Assembly (NCBI GenBank): GCA_950097015.1 | Contig: CATNEN010000029.1 | Location: 2,852,001 to 2,916,000 of the forward strand | From: Macrostomum hystrix | Taxonomy: Eukaryota > Animalia > Platyhelminthes | Reading direction: 5' to 3' | Length of the DNA: 64,000 nucleotides | In this document: positions 1-11,676 of the stretch, one piece after another | Position numbering within the stretch: position 1 is the stretch's first letter | Layout: each line of letters starts with the position of its first letter | The notes under the pieces: model-generated | What the model saw: only the letters and a program-made list of their open reading frames with translations | What the model was told of the DNA's origin: nothing | The model's database searches: none | Program-made: the position numbers and the translations under genes

Positions 1-546
1 TTACATTTTAGTGAGTCACGCAAAGAAAAGATCGTCTTGTTTTGCAGGAAACTTTAAAGTAGCATTTCATAAAAATAAACCTGATTGTCTACTCATATAA
101 GTAGCGAAGGAAAATTCTCCAATTCAAATATTCATCTACAGTAGATAGTCAGTTATGAAAGTTTTGAGAAAGCGATAAGAATGCTCAGCTCGATAACACC
201 TCTACATGGAGCATATGCACATGCAAGAGTGAGACAGCTAAACAGCGGTGATAAGAGATTGAAAAATTCACTTTAACAAATTGAAAATCTAAGTCAAGAG
301 TGACGCAAGAAATATAATGGCAATAGCAGAATAGAACCGGTAAGAGACTTGCAACTATAAACTGCTGTGCCACAAGTACAGTACTTGGACTTCTCATGTA
401 GAATCAAATCGGGCAAGTTACTAGGTGACAATTAAGAATCCGGAGAAAAAAAGTGATGCAAAAACAACTGAAAAGAAGTTAATTTTGACAAAAAGTTCTT
501 GAAGCTTTCATAAGTTCACAATTAATGGAAATGGAAGGAGACTCAC

Positions 547-2627
547 ACAGCCGCAAGCCTCATCGTCGCCATTGAACAATCGGCATGTCATGCTGACTAC
601 CTCGGCTTCCATGCGGCGCACATCGTTGAAAACCTCCGGGTGAAGAGGGTTTGTCCATGCGAACTCCTTGTAGATCTGGAGTAAAGGGGATAGGGATTAC
701 TCAATCAGCTGCTGTCTACTGAGGGATTACTCAATCAGCTGCTGTCTACTGAGGGATTACTCAATCAGCTGACTGTCTACTGAGGGATTACTCAATCAGC
801 TGCTGTCTACTGAGGGATTACTCAATCAGCTGCTGTCTACTGAGGGATTACTCAATCAGCTGACTGTCTACTGAGGGATTACTCAATCAGCTGCTGTCTA
901 CTGAGGGATTACTCAATCAGCTGACTGTCTACTGAGGGATTACTCAATCAGCTGCTGTCTACTGAGGGATTACTCAATCAGCTGACTGTCTACTGAGGGA
1001 TTACTCAATCAGCTGACTGTCTACTGAGGGATTACTCAATCAGCTGACTGTCTACTGAGGGATTACTCAATCAGCTGACTGTCTACTGAGGGATTACTCA
1101 ATCAGCTGACTGTCTACTGAGGGATTACTCAATCAGCTGACTGTCTACTGAGGGATTACTCAATCAGCTGACTGTCTACTGAAGGATTACTCAATCAGCT
1201 GACTGTCTACTGAGGGATTACTCAATCAGCTGCTGTCTACTGATGGATTACTCAATCAGCTGACTGTCTACTGAGGGATTACTCAATCAGCTGCTGTCTA
1301 CTGATGGATTACTCAATCAGCTGACTGTCTACTGAGGGATTACTCAATCAGCTGCTGTCTACTGAGGGATTACTCAATCAGCTGCTGTCTACTGAGGGAT
1401 TACTCAATCAGCTGCTGTCTACTGAGGGATTACTCAATCAGCTGACTGTCTACTGAGGGATTACTCAATCAGCTGACTGTCTACTGAGGGATTACTCAAT
1501 CAGCTGACTGTCTACTGAGGGATTACTCAATCAGCTGACTGTCTACTAAGGGATTACTCAATCAGCTGCTGTCTACTGAGGAAATTTACTCCATCAGCTG
1601 CTCTCTACTGAAAGATTACAATTTTTGTTTTTAAACATCTAAAAACGCACAAAATATTGTAAATATATTACAATAGCAAATAAATTTGGGAAACTCACCT
1701 GTGCATTCAAATCCGTGAGCTCCTTGCCACCGTGATAAACAGTGCCAGACACTGAGCCATTCGCCCAGTTGACTGACGCCGCTTTGTAGTCCAGCGCCAC
1801 ATTAACCACTTCGGCCTGCGGGTCGGGATTGTAATTAAAAAATGGTTAATCTTTAGTCGCGTATGATATAATAACTTTGCTATTCAACTTTGGTCAAATA
1901 AACGGGGTCATTCCAAGAATTTTAATTAGCTCACGGGACTCATTGATTGTTTAGGCAGCTCCTTAAACGCCTGCCGTTTGGAACTCGAATGACCGGCCTC
2001 GAAAGCCCTTTTGACCTCCTGCACAGACTGCAGCTTCTTAGCGCGAATCTTATTCTTCACCGGTGGCAGCGATTTTACAAATCCAAATATGGATGCCCGC
2101 ATTCGCTCGAACAGGGCTAAGTAATTGAGCATTTACAAAAAATGTGTCTATTTTATCACATTTTAAGCATACAAAACATTAACGTATACTCACTCTCCTT
2201 CGATCCTCAAGTGCATATCTACCCTTTACATTCTAAATTATTTTACATTCTAACTACATATTCCAGTAGTTATACATCAACCCATAGATTCTGTAGTACA
2301 CCATTATCATTAAATCCTAAGTATACCTCTACCCTTAGATGCTCAGCTCAAAGAAAAAAGCCTTGAGAATCCAATAAAAATCTGTTTATTCATTAACCAT
2401 GTTTTGATTTTGAATTACCTATCATGCTTTATATAATTAATACCACTATAAAAAACGAACTCACTGTATTCTGGGTCACAAAGAAAGTTAACAATGCTGC
2501 AAAGCAAAACTGTGATGCCAAATGTCACTAAAAACACTGAAGCAGCATCCAATCCAGCAAATGATGAGTTCAGATAGCTCCTAGCATCATTTAGGGCTAG
2601 CTGTGCATATTCCAAAATAAGGTCCAT
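547..2627 (-). CDS. SGPL1: Sphingosine-1-phosphate lyase, first four coding exons (gene continues left of the window)
   Basis: Exons 2465-2627, 1935-2116, 1699-1815 and 547-675 have GT/AG borders and matching phases. Translation gives an N-terminal hydrophobic anchor, then WANGSVSGTVYHGGKEL and IYKEFAWTNPLHPEVFNDVRRMEAEVVSMTCRLFNGDDEACGC, matching the SPL motif AWSNPLHPDIFPGxRKxEAE. Confidence 0.92.
691..1610. repeat. Intronic minisatellite, 30/31-bp unit GAGGGATTACTCAATCAGCTG(A)CTGTCTACT, ~30 copies
   Basis: Tandem array read directly; lies in SGPL1 intron 676-1698. Confidence 0.97.
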
Positions 2628-4339
2628 GGCTTTCTTAAATTCAATTTGTGTCTAGAAATGTAAATTTAATCATGGGTATTGAAAAGAGACATTTAGCTTT
2701 TATTCTTCATTAAGCTCATATATCCATTGACACTAGACAATATAAGCAATGAAAACAATTATTAATAGCACTAGATAACTTAAAAGGAGTAAAAGTTGGC
2801 TAGTTTAAAAGTGTTTTTTTTAGTTTACTTTAACAGTTGTAACAATTGAACTTGATTATCTAACTTGGAATAGCCTATACTTGTAACTAGATAATATTGC
2901 AAAAAAAATTTAAGCAAAAAATGTAAAATTATCTACAATAATGACTTCTAAATCATTTAATTTTCATATTTAAGGAATAAACAAGCAACATTTTTGCTTT
3001 TTGTAGCTTAGGGCCTATAATTGTAGCTAGCCAGCCTAGGCCTACAAAAAATGTGTAATTGTAATTACAGAGATTATTTTTTCATTGAATAATTTACTAG
3101 GCCTAATTAGAAAATTACAAAGGCTAGTCTATATTTGCCTAGTCTAGCTATAGTTACATGGTAAACACTAATTTAATCAACTTATTTTAGGCACATAAGT
3201 AGGCCATACCATCAGCTACAGATACAGTATAGATAGGCAGATAGTTACATTTCTATTGTTAAAATCGTTAAAAATCGTTTATAATGCTAAAAGCTAAATA
3301 TTTTTGCATAGTCCTTGCCCATTTTTAGAGATTAGCTACAAATTAAATGACAATGATATAGGCGAGGCGGCGAGACCTAGATATTGCTAGCAAGACACAG
3401 AAGGACAAAGGACAAAGGGGTTATACTTGTGCTAAAAAGCTTTCGTACGATAAGTTTGATCTCATCTCCTATCTCAGCAGTAAGTTCAAAATTATGGATG
3501 CGCAAGCTCTATTATAGAAGGGAACCAAAAAGCTTGATTAAGTCGTCGTATGTTAGCTGCAATATATAATTCTATAGTTAATAAGCATAATCTTGTAAGT
3601 TAATTTGCATACGTCTTAATTTTTTAGATTAAATTTCTTTATGATTTTCAGCACTAAGAAAAAATTGTCTCAATTATATCGGCAGAATTTAACGGAGCAC
3701 AATTAAACACCTAAATAAATTAATGTTTCATGTTAATATCCATATTTGAAAATGTACATTCGTATTTCCGAAAAATTAGCTGATTTCCGATTGTAGTTAG
3801 GTAGCGTTTAAATTGATAGCATTCGTTGAATTTTATATTTGCGAACGTTTACTTATTAGTAAAACACCACTCATCGCTTTAAGATATATAAAAGTTTTGT
3901 TTAAAAACTTAAACTGTGATAAAAATGACCGAAACGTGTTTTCTTCCTAAACGTATGGACGAAACCGGTTGAAACACTTCTTTCTGCTTATTACCAGGGA
4001 CTACTATATACTCGGGACTGGGAACGGCCCATTCATGCAAACACGTTTATCAGGCCCATTTCCGAATGTTGCTCGTGGCAAGTCAGTTTTTTCACTAATT
4101 TCGCTACTTATCTCTCTAAAACGTGCCGTTCTCCGCATTTTTTCTAAAAACCTTACGAAAATATCTAGAAAACTATTTCTACATCGTCCTAAATTCTAAT
4201 AACTCCAGCTATTATCCAGCTATATCCAGCTATATCCTAACTTTTTTATTGTATATCGCGGTTTAGTAAATATTGTATACTGTATTTGTAATGCATGACA
4301 ATTAAACAAAGCCAAACTAGTAATTGAAGACTTTGGACT

Positions 4340-5330
4340 TTTATGTGGGATGAGCGAGATCGTACTGCATCTTCTGGCCGTCGTTGACTGTTCCAGGTGG
4401 CGAGATCGTCCGCGTAACCGCGCTGACTGAGAGGTTCCACTGCTTCAAGTTGTCGGATGAGGTGTCGATGAAAATGACGAACAAACAGCGGAGAAAGGAC
4501 AGATCAGAGCATTGCGGGAGGCCTTCTTGAAAAGGGTTCTGCGGCAGTTTACGTCGACGATGCGAACACAGCCCAGACGGGTAGCAAGCCAAGCTTGAAT
4601 CAAGCGCATAGTCTTGGCCCCAATTCCGGCGTCCAGAAGTTTGAGCAGAATCGTCAAATCGTTAAGCGCCAGTGTGGTGCAGTGGCGCCGCTGCGAGGCC
4701 ACCGTTGCTCTCCAGCACGTAATTAATGCGGTTGACAACGATGCGCTCCATCAGCTTAAGTAAAGGCTGGACGTAAAGCTGCTGACAGGGCGGTAAGACC
4801 CGATTTCGCTCTGCGGTTCACCGCCTTTGAGGAGCGCGGGAAGATGCGGGCCGTGTGTGAATTCTGCAGCGCGAAGCCTTGGTCGTAGAAGTTTTTAAGC
4901 AAGCGCAGGGTTTCGTCCAGCGCCGTCTGCGGTAAGGCTTTAAGAAAAATTTGGTCCAAGGCTGTGAGCAGTTGGGAGCGCGAGAACGTTTGGCTTACGG
5001 CTGGTCTGGCTGCTGCCGCTACTGCCGGATCCGCGCGTTGAGTTTGCTCCTGGCCCAGCGGTGACGGGCATGGACCTTGCTGAAGCTGACCTTGGCATAG
5101 ACCTTCACTATTATATTTGCTTTGGCCCTGTCGGAGATGTAACGCCAGCCATGGTGTTTCAACGCGTGCCCACAGGGTGCAATCTATGGCACAGCTTAGC
5201 GCATCCCGGATCCGAGTATTGTTGACGACATCGCCATGGAATTTCTGGACGTGTGCCTGAGCGTTAAAGCGCGGGATATGAACCGCGGACTGTTTAACTG
5301 GTTAATGTTTCTGTTTAATCAGGGCATCCG
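4340..5330 (-). mobile_element. Degenerate non-LTR retrotransposon reverse transcriptase fragment
   Basis: Frameshifted minus-strand pieces in RT order: KLMERIVVNRI, LLDAGIGAKTMRLIQAWL, GLPQCSxLS..LFVIFID, YADD. Confidence 0.7.
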
Positions 5331-5616
5331 TTTTTTAGGACTGAAGTTCACTGCCTGCGTGCTGCAATTGCAATCTCATGTTCTCGTCTTTTCCACTAGG
5401 CCCTTGTAATTCTGTTAATAATTTTGAATCCTTTATCGTTTGTTATTATGAATTTTATTTGCTTTTTATTATTTGGTTGTTATTATGTAATTCGTCCCTC
5501 ATGTCACTGCACGCAATAGAAAAACTCAACTGTAATATTTCTGAATAGATACTTTTTGCAAACTTTGCTTTTTACTTATTAAAGTATTCTTAAGTTCTGC
5601 TTTTCAATACTTTCGC

Positions 5617-5930
5617 TCAACAACAACAACAACAACAAAGTACGCTGTCAGGTGGAAAAGGCAGCGTCACAGTGCACGCTTCAGAGCCTGGGCGCGAACA
5701 AAGGCCGCACCTGCCGGCAGTGTCCGGGGCGCCAGCATCGGCCAGCAGGCAGTCGACAAAACGCGAGTTCGGGCCTGGCCGCGCCGGTAGGGTGCCTGCA
5801 GCGTTAGCAGCAGCACCTCCTGCACCGGCTGCGGGCAGTAGGACTCGGCGCGGATGATGTGGCCTGCAAGCTGGAGTCGCCGAAGTCGCAGCAGTTCACT
5901 CGGACGGGCCAGGCCGGCGCGACGATAGAG
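5617..5930 (-). mobile_element. 5'-truncated LINE 3' end (RTE-like) with (TTG)n tail
   Basis: Minus strand reads LYRRAGLARPSELLRLRRLQLAGHIIR..YRRGQART, typical of an RTE-type ORF2 C-terminus, followed by a (CAA)n tract on + at ~5617-5638. Confidence 0.65.
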
Positions 5931-6377
5931 TGAGATAGTGTATCACGATAGTGATACACTACAAATATTTTCGTTTTATCAACTTCTGAACAGTTAAAAG
6001 TATCGAACTTTCTTTAGGTTTTTTGATCGAACTTTGTTATTAAATTCCTTCCTCAAGGAATCACTGGATTTACTTATATAACTGCAGGCTTTTTCGCTTA
6101 ACTTTTGCAAGGCAATTTCTTTATTTATAAATTGAGTTTCGTCATTAGTCTTTGAAATTCTCTGTTTGAATATTTTTTCAAAGACCGACGCATTGTCATG
6201 GTTCACCGACTGCTGCCTTCCTTCCTACTGCTTCTGGACTATCGGTAAGTTGCTTCAGGCCAGCGAAAGAACCCGCATCAACATAACTCCTCATGGCCTC
6301 TTAATCTCTGCTTATTTTAGGAGCGATTGTTACGCTGCATACTTGTGACGCTCGTCATTACGGATACGACAAGTGAA

Positions 6378-6505
6378 TGCTGCGTGATCCCATGCTGCGT
6401 GATCCCATGCTGGACAAGAGAATGCTGCGTGATCCTATGCTGCGTGATCCCATGCTGGACAAGCGAATGCTGCGTGATCCTATGCTGCGTGATCCTATGC
6501 TGGAC
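6378..6505. repeat. Short 15-bp repeat TGCTGCGTGATCC(C/T)A
   Basis: Several tandem copies interrupted by TGGACAAGxGAA; explains ORFs 6317-6547 and 6327-6554. Confidence 0.85.
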
Positions 6506-6912
6506 TAGACGACAATCTGCTGAAATCAGTAACATCGGTGCGAGCAACTGTTAAATTGACAATTAAAACTCTCTTAGTGATTGAGTAAATTTGCTATTTT
6601 AAGTTGTAATTCACATAGACTCTCCAGTGACGGCTTTGATAAGCATTGTTGATCCCGCAGAGTCCGCGCCTCTATTGTTTTCGCTGTTCTCTCGTGATTC
6701 CCGAAAGCGAAGTCACACGCACAAAAACGCACTGTTGAAATATATAAGCCGAGAGGTCAAGCCTGCGACAGACTTGCAAATTTTTGTAGTCCTTAACTTT
6801 GTCTTTCTTTAACTAAAGATCTTTAAGCACAGCATAAGCATGATGCCATATCAAGGGAGCTTGTAGCCCTGTGGCTAGAGCTTCGGAATTCTGACCCAGG
6901 ATTCTGAACTGG

Positions 6913-7373
6913 CTAAACAGCTTTATGAAGACGCTGTGCGAACTTGCTGGTCTTGCTGGCCAGAATCACACCAACCACTGCATCCGTGCAAGCGTGGTCA
7001 CATGTATACAAACCTGATTGAAGACGGCGTCAGTGTACCCCAGATTCAAGCTGTGACTGGCCATAAGCGAGCGGAAAGCGTCGAGCACTACAATAAAATA
7101 CTAAAGTTTTCAAAGAAAGTGGCGTTGTCTCGAACGATTAGTAGCCGCCTTTCGACAGCACCGTCTACGTCAGACATCTCTGTTCTTCCTGTAGCGCAGT
7201 CTTCTCCTGTGGTCGAAAGCTATACTGTGGTTGACCCGTCAACAACTGCGTCGCCCGCGATCGCAAACTGCAGTGTTGCAATTGGAGTTCCTTCCGCAGT
7301 ACCTAACATTTTCAGCAATTATAAGTTTGAAAACTGCACGATCAGCATAAACCAAGGGCACGGCAGCAACTGA
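6913..7373 (+). mobile_element. Crypton-type tyrosine recombinase C-terminal remnant, frameshifted
   Basis: LNSFMKTLCELAGLAGQNHTNHCIRASVVT, then a frameshift, then NLIEDGVSVPQIQAVTGHKRAESVEHY. This holds the H-x-x-R, H and catalytic Y of YR domains. The ORF ends in FENCTISIN, a tail common in Crypton/DUF3504 proteins. Confidence 0.8.
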
Positions 7374-7989
7374 CCATTGTGCTTTTTACTCACTGTGACT
7401 AAGCTGACAGTTTTTATTGTTTTTATTTCTATTTTCTATTGCGACAAAAATGGTTGCTAAGCTCGCATAGAGCTTCAATTTTCCATACATTTGTCATGCT
7501 AACGTTATACCCTAGATTCGACCATAGACAACAGCGGCGGGCGGGCTGCCGTTAGTTTCAACCTCGTTTCAACACGCGTAGGCTAACTACAACAAACGCT
7601 TTTGCGCGAGTTGTGCAATTTTATCCTGACAATTTATTTATGTCAAGCTCGGTCTTACCGCCTTGCTCGAATGGACATGGAATGGAATAGAAAGGAGGGA
7701 AAGTAAAAAACTGGCATCAAAACGCTTAATGAAATCTGTTAGAAATGAGTTCGCGCTGCATGGATTCAGCCTATTTTCAATAGCCGAAGATTAAAAAAAT
7801 GTGCGTCTTTTATTCAATGCAATAGTAATCTGCTTTGAGTTGAAACCAAAATCCCATTACTTGCAGTAGGTTTGTGTTGGATCAGTGCAGAGCAGAAAAG
7901 AGCAGAAATGCCTGTCCCGCATATGGCTGGATTAGCCATAAAGTAAAACTCATTTCTATGCACATGCATATAAAAGTTCAAATACTTAT

Positions 7990-10900
7990 TGTCGTGTCGT
8001 TTAGAGAGACTCATATGTTTGTTAGTTTAGAGCGAACAAGATAATTATATTTGTGCATCAGTCACATCACTTATATAGAACGCGAAACACAAGTACAACG
8101 TGCGATATTATTGAGCGGTGGCAACGTGCCATGCCCTAGGCATGTACATTAATAAGTTAGCGAAGAGTTAAAGGACATTGGCGGCCCCGCGCCCGCCCAC
8201 GCTCAGGCTATCCATGCGCCTGGCCGCGATAGACCGACGGCGCCACATCTCCCCGTCAACGGAGGACCAGACGATCGGGTGGAACACCCTTGTTGCTGCG
8301 CTCACTTCGTCTGGGCACCGGAGTTGCATTTGTCTGAAAGCTGCCAGCTGGACCGTCCTGCACCTCAGAACCCGGGAGTGAAGCCACCTCAGAGGCGGAA
8401 TCTTTTCCTCCGTCGTCCCTCCCAGGCAAGTGACCAGCTGGTTGCTCATTGCCGTCAGGTAGTGGGCGGATCTGATCCCGATGAGCGAGCACCGGCCGAC
8501 CATCCTCTCGGGTGACCACGGCGGTGTTGTGCCCAGCCTGTACCACGAAACGCGCAGACTCCGTAGGGCTGCCGGCACGAGCCTGGTAGATGACAGGCGC
8601 ATCGACACTGAACGTCAGGGTCAGTGGGCTCCTCAGTTGTCTGCCCATCAGCGCTGACGGACTGCCTCGGCCGTCGCTCCTCGGAGTCGCCCTGTAGTTC
8701 AACAGCAACTTGGCCAGATACGCATCAAAAGATCCGCGATGCACCGGAAATGCCACCAGACCCCGTTTGACAGTCTGGACCATCCGCTCTGCTAGGCCGT
8801 TGGACTCCGGGTGGTACGGTGGCGAGTGTATCTGCGAGCAGCCGATTCTCCGCAGCCAGTCGCGCAGCTCGCCGTCACAGAATTCGGCCGCGTTGTCCGA
8901 GACCAGCGTGCACGGGACACCCAGCCTGGAGAAGATGGCCCGCAGAGTGCGCAGAGTTGTCTGGGCGCTCCGGTCTGGTACTCGAACCGCCTCCGGCCAG
9001 CCAGAAAACGCGTCCACGACGATCAACAGATAGCCGACACCAGGCACGTGCGCGTGGTCCATGTGCACTCGTTGCCATGCGGTGCTTTCCGCGGGCCAGG
9101 TGTGGGTGGCGCGAGCCGGTGGAGTCCGGATCTCCGTGCATTTTGCGCATTGCTTGACGTAGCGTTCCACATCGTCGCAGTGTCCGGGCCACCAGGCTTC
9201 TCTCTTTAACCGGTTTCGTGTCGCCAACGCTCCGCTGTGGGAGTCTCCATGCGCCGCTTGAAGGACTCGAGAGCGCAGCCCTGCCGGAGGTACGATCAGG
9301 TCACCCAGACAGATGATGCTGTCTAGCAGTTGTTCGACTTTTGCGTCCAGTTCAGCTGCTGTCCGGGCGCCGATGCATACATCGTCCTGATAGATCACTT
9401 GGTTCGTCACCAGACCGCCGATCGTGGCTTCCATGGCAGCTTGGAACTGCGCGCTCGCAGTCTTCACGCCGTAAGGCATCCTCGTCCAGCGCAGCAAACC
9501 GATCGGGGTGTTGATAGTGAGGATTTCCCTGGCCGACTCGTCTAGCTCGATCTGGTTGTAGGCGTTCGTAAGGTCAACCGTGGCGAAGTGGGACATCCCT
9601 GACAGCTCTGTAAAGGCTGTCTCGATGTTCGGGAGCGGGTACGAGTCTGTGCAAATTTGCGGGTTCACACTCACTTTGTAGTCGGCGCAGATCCGCAAGT
9701 CGCCGTCCGGTTTCCTCACGATGACGATAGGGGATGCCCACTGGCTGCCTCCGGGGCGGACAGTCTCCAGGATTCCGGCATTGATCAGCTTCCTGAGCTT
9801 AGCGATGACCAGCGGTTTCAGGTGGATCGGGACAGGTCGAGCCTCGAAGTAGCTAGGCCGGGCCTGGTCCTTCAGAACGATGCGGGCCCGGAATCCGCGA
9901 AGCTTTCCTAGCGTGACTGCCGGTGCTTCCTCGACGTTGTGCAGGGACACGCCGTCTAGGTCGAACTGCAGCAAGTCGGTGCCCAGCAGACCGTGTGTCT
10001 TGTTGCAGGCCGCAACGATGATGTCCACGCAGGCGACCTTGTCTTCTAGCTCGACAGCCGCTGTGAAGCTGCCGAGGGTTTTGATGGCTGATCCGTCGAA
10101 CTGCCTGAGTTGCCGGGGGCATTTCCGCAACTTCGGCTCACCCAGTTGCTGCCAGAAATTTCTCGGGATGATGCTGGCATCAGAGCCGGAGTCCAGCTGC
10201 ATCTCCATGCGTTGACCCTCGATCAGCACTGTCTTCAGGCTGCTGGTCTTCTGCTGATGAGTGCTGCTGACTGTGAAGACGGTGTCGGCCCCAGCTGTTT
10301 CCGTGACTTCATGCGCTGCCTTGGTCCCGGATCTGCACACGACCGCGAAATGGTTTCGCTTGCGGCACTTGTTGCAGGTTTTGCCCCAAGCTGGGCAGCG
10401 GTCAGGCTGGTGCTGTAGGCCGCAGGCTTTGCAGGCGGTCTTCGGGCCCCCGCGGTTTTTGTCCACGCTGGCGATGGACGCCGGCTCGATCGTCGCTGGC
10501 TCCGGTGCCTTCTGTCTTTCTGCTCCGCTGTATTGCTGGATGAGCTCGAGTTGTTGGACAAACTCCACGCTGTTTTCGAGCGTCACCTGTTGCTGTGAGC
10601 TCTGGATGTGCTCAAGAATTTTGCTGCGATGCTGTGCATTGTGTAGGCCACTGACCAGCATTGTCTGAATGAGCTCGTCCTCTGCTGACTGTTTGCTGTC
10701 TTCGGCGTTCAGCTTGTCGAATTCGCAGAAGCGAGCGGCCTCTCGAAGTCTCTGGGCGAAATTTTGTGCTGACTCAGTTGCTTCTTGGCGCAGGGACAAT
10801 AACCGAGAGCGCTCGGCGATGACCAGCTTCTTCTTTGGGCGAACCTTTTCCAAGATCATCTTTCTGATGTCCTCGAAGTTCATCTCCTCCAGCTCTTTTG

Positions 10901-11345
10901 GTCTCGCCATCACACTTATAACACGAACTGCGCTTACGCCTGCCCTGGCAAGGAACAAGTCCGTCACCTGTCTCTCCTCTGCCGTGTCCTTCAATTTCTT
11001 ATTGCGGCTCAGGGCGGCGAAGCTCCTCAACCAGGCCTCCGTCGTTGCGGGGTCGTCCAGCGGCAGGTCGTCTGCTCGCGATGCCATTGTCGTGTCGTTT
11101 AGAGAGACTCATATGTTTGTTAGTTTAGAGCGAACAAGATAATTATATTTGTGCATCAGTCACATCACTTATATAGAACGCGAAACACAAGTACAACGTG
11201 CGATATTATTGAGCGGTGGCAACGTGCCATGCCCTAGGCATGTACATTAATAAGTTAGCGAAGAGTTAAAGGACATTGGCGGCCCCGCGCCCGCCCACGC
11301 TCAGGCTATCCATGCGCCTGGCCGCGATAGACCGACGGCGCCACA
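7990..11345 (-). mobile_element. Ty3/gypsy (Mag-like) LTR retrotransposon, internally deleted, recent insertion
   Basis: 258-bp LTRs at 7990-8247 and 11088-11345, TGT...ACA ends, identical by eye. 5-bp TSD CTTAT at 7985-7989 and 11346-11350. PPT GGGGAGA next to the 3' LTR; TGG-starting PBS next to the 5' LTR. Confidence 0.97.
8256..11087 (-). CDS. Gag-Pol polyprotein (Gag with Cys/His knuckles, protease, truncated RT, integrase); RNase H absent
   Basis: 943-aa ORF with CKACG..H..CPAWGKTCNKCRKRNHFAVVC, protease LDSGS, RT WASPIVIVRKPDG/YPLP/DLTNAYNQ/RMPYG/YQDD. About 20 aa after YQDD it passes directly into the integrase HHCC (H-GDS-H..CAKC) and the D-D-E core (VDAFS, SDN, AER). Confidence 0.93.
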   Translation of the reverse strand: MASRADDLPLDDPATTEAWLRSFAALSRNKKLKDTAEERQVTDLFLARAGVSAVRVISVMARPKELEEMNFEDIRKMILEKVRPKKKLVIAERSRLLSLRQEATESAQNFAQRLREAARFCEFDKLNAEDSKQSAEDELIQTMLVSGLHNAQHRSKILEHIQSSQQQVTLENSVEFVQQLELIQQYSGAERQKAPEPATIEPASIASVDKNRGGPKTACKACGLQHQPDRCPAWGKTCNKCRKRNHFAVVCRSGTKAAHEVTETAGADTVFTVSSTHQQKTSSLKTVLIEGQRMEMQLDSGSDASIIPRNFWQQLGEPKLRKCPRQLRQFDGSAIKTLGSFTAAVELEDKVACVDIIVAACNKTHGLLGTDLLQFDLDGVSLHNVEEAPAVTLGKLRGFRARIVLKDQARPSYFEARPVPIHLKPLVIAKLRKLINAGILETVRPGGSQWASPIVIVRKPDGDLRICADYKVSVNPQICTDSYPLPNIETAFTELSGMSHFATVDLTNAYNQIELDESAREILTINTPIGLLRWTRMPYGVKTASAQFQAAMEATIGGLVTNQVIYQDDVCIGARTAAELDAKVEQLLDSIICLGDLIVPPAGLRSRVLQAAHGDSHSGALATRNRLKREAWWPGHCDDVERYVKQCAKCTEIRTPPARATHTWPAESTAWQRVHMDHAHVPGVGYLLIVVDAFSGWPEAVRVPDRSAQTTLRTLRAIFSRLGVPCTLVSDNAAEFCDGELRDWLRRIGCSQIHSPPYHPESNGLAERMVQTVKRGLVAFPVHRGSFDAYLAKLLLNYRATPRSDGRGSPSALMGRQLRSPLTLTFSVDAPVIYQARAGSPTESARFVVQAGHNTAVVTREDGRPVLAHRDQIRPLPDGNEQPAGHLPGRDDGGKDSASEVASLPGSEVQDGPAGSFQTNATPVPRRSERSNKGVPPDRLVLR

Positions 11346-11676
11346 CTTATATATAGCAGTTTGACTGACGCTATTAGAGACGAAAGTTGGTGAGTTTTAA
11401 CAAAGACGCGATCTCATGATGGCCAGTATTGTTTGTATTAGAGTTATTGGTTTTTAACTTCAAGCTAATGGCATATCAATATCAATTGGTGCATTGTCGT
11501 CCTGTTTAATATCGGGCGTACTTTTGTTAACTACTTTTGTTAACATCCAGCATTGAAAATGAGAATGAGAACAGTTTAAAAAACTAGGGCTCTATTGGAA
11601 CAAGGAGTGGTTGCACATGGTGAGTCATTCAATTGTCCGAGTTAAGTGTCATGAGACGTTCAGTGATTAATTTAGC

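Noticed and set aside
8168-11142. Many alternative-frame and antisense ORFs over the retroelement, and similar shadows over SKI2, INTS7 and ATRX exons
   Set aside because: GC-rich coding shadows with no independent motifs.
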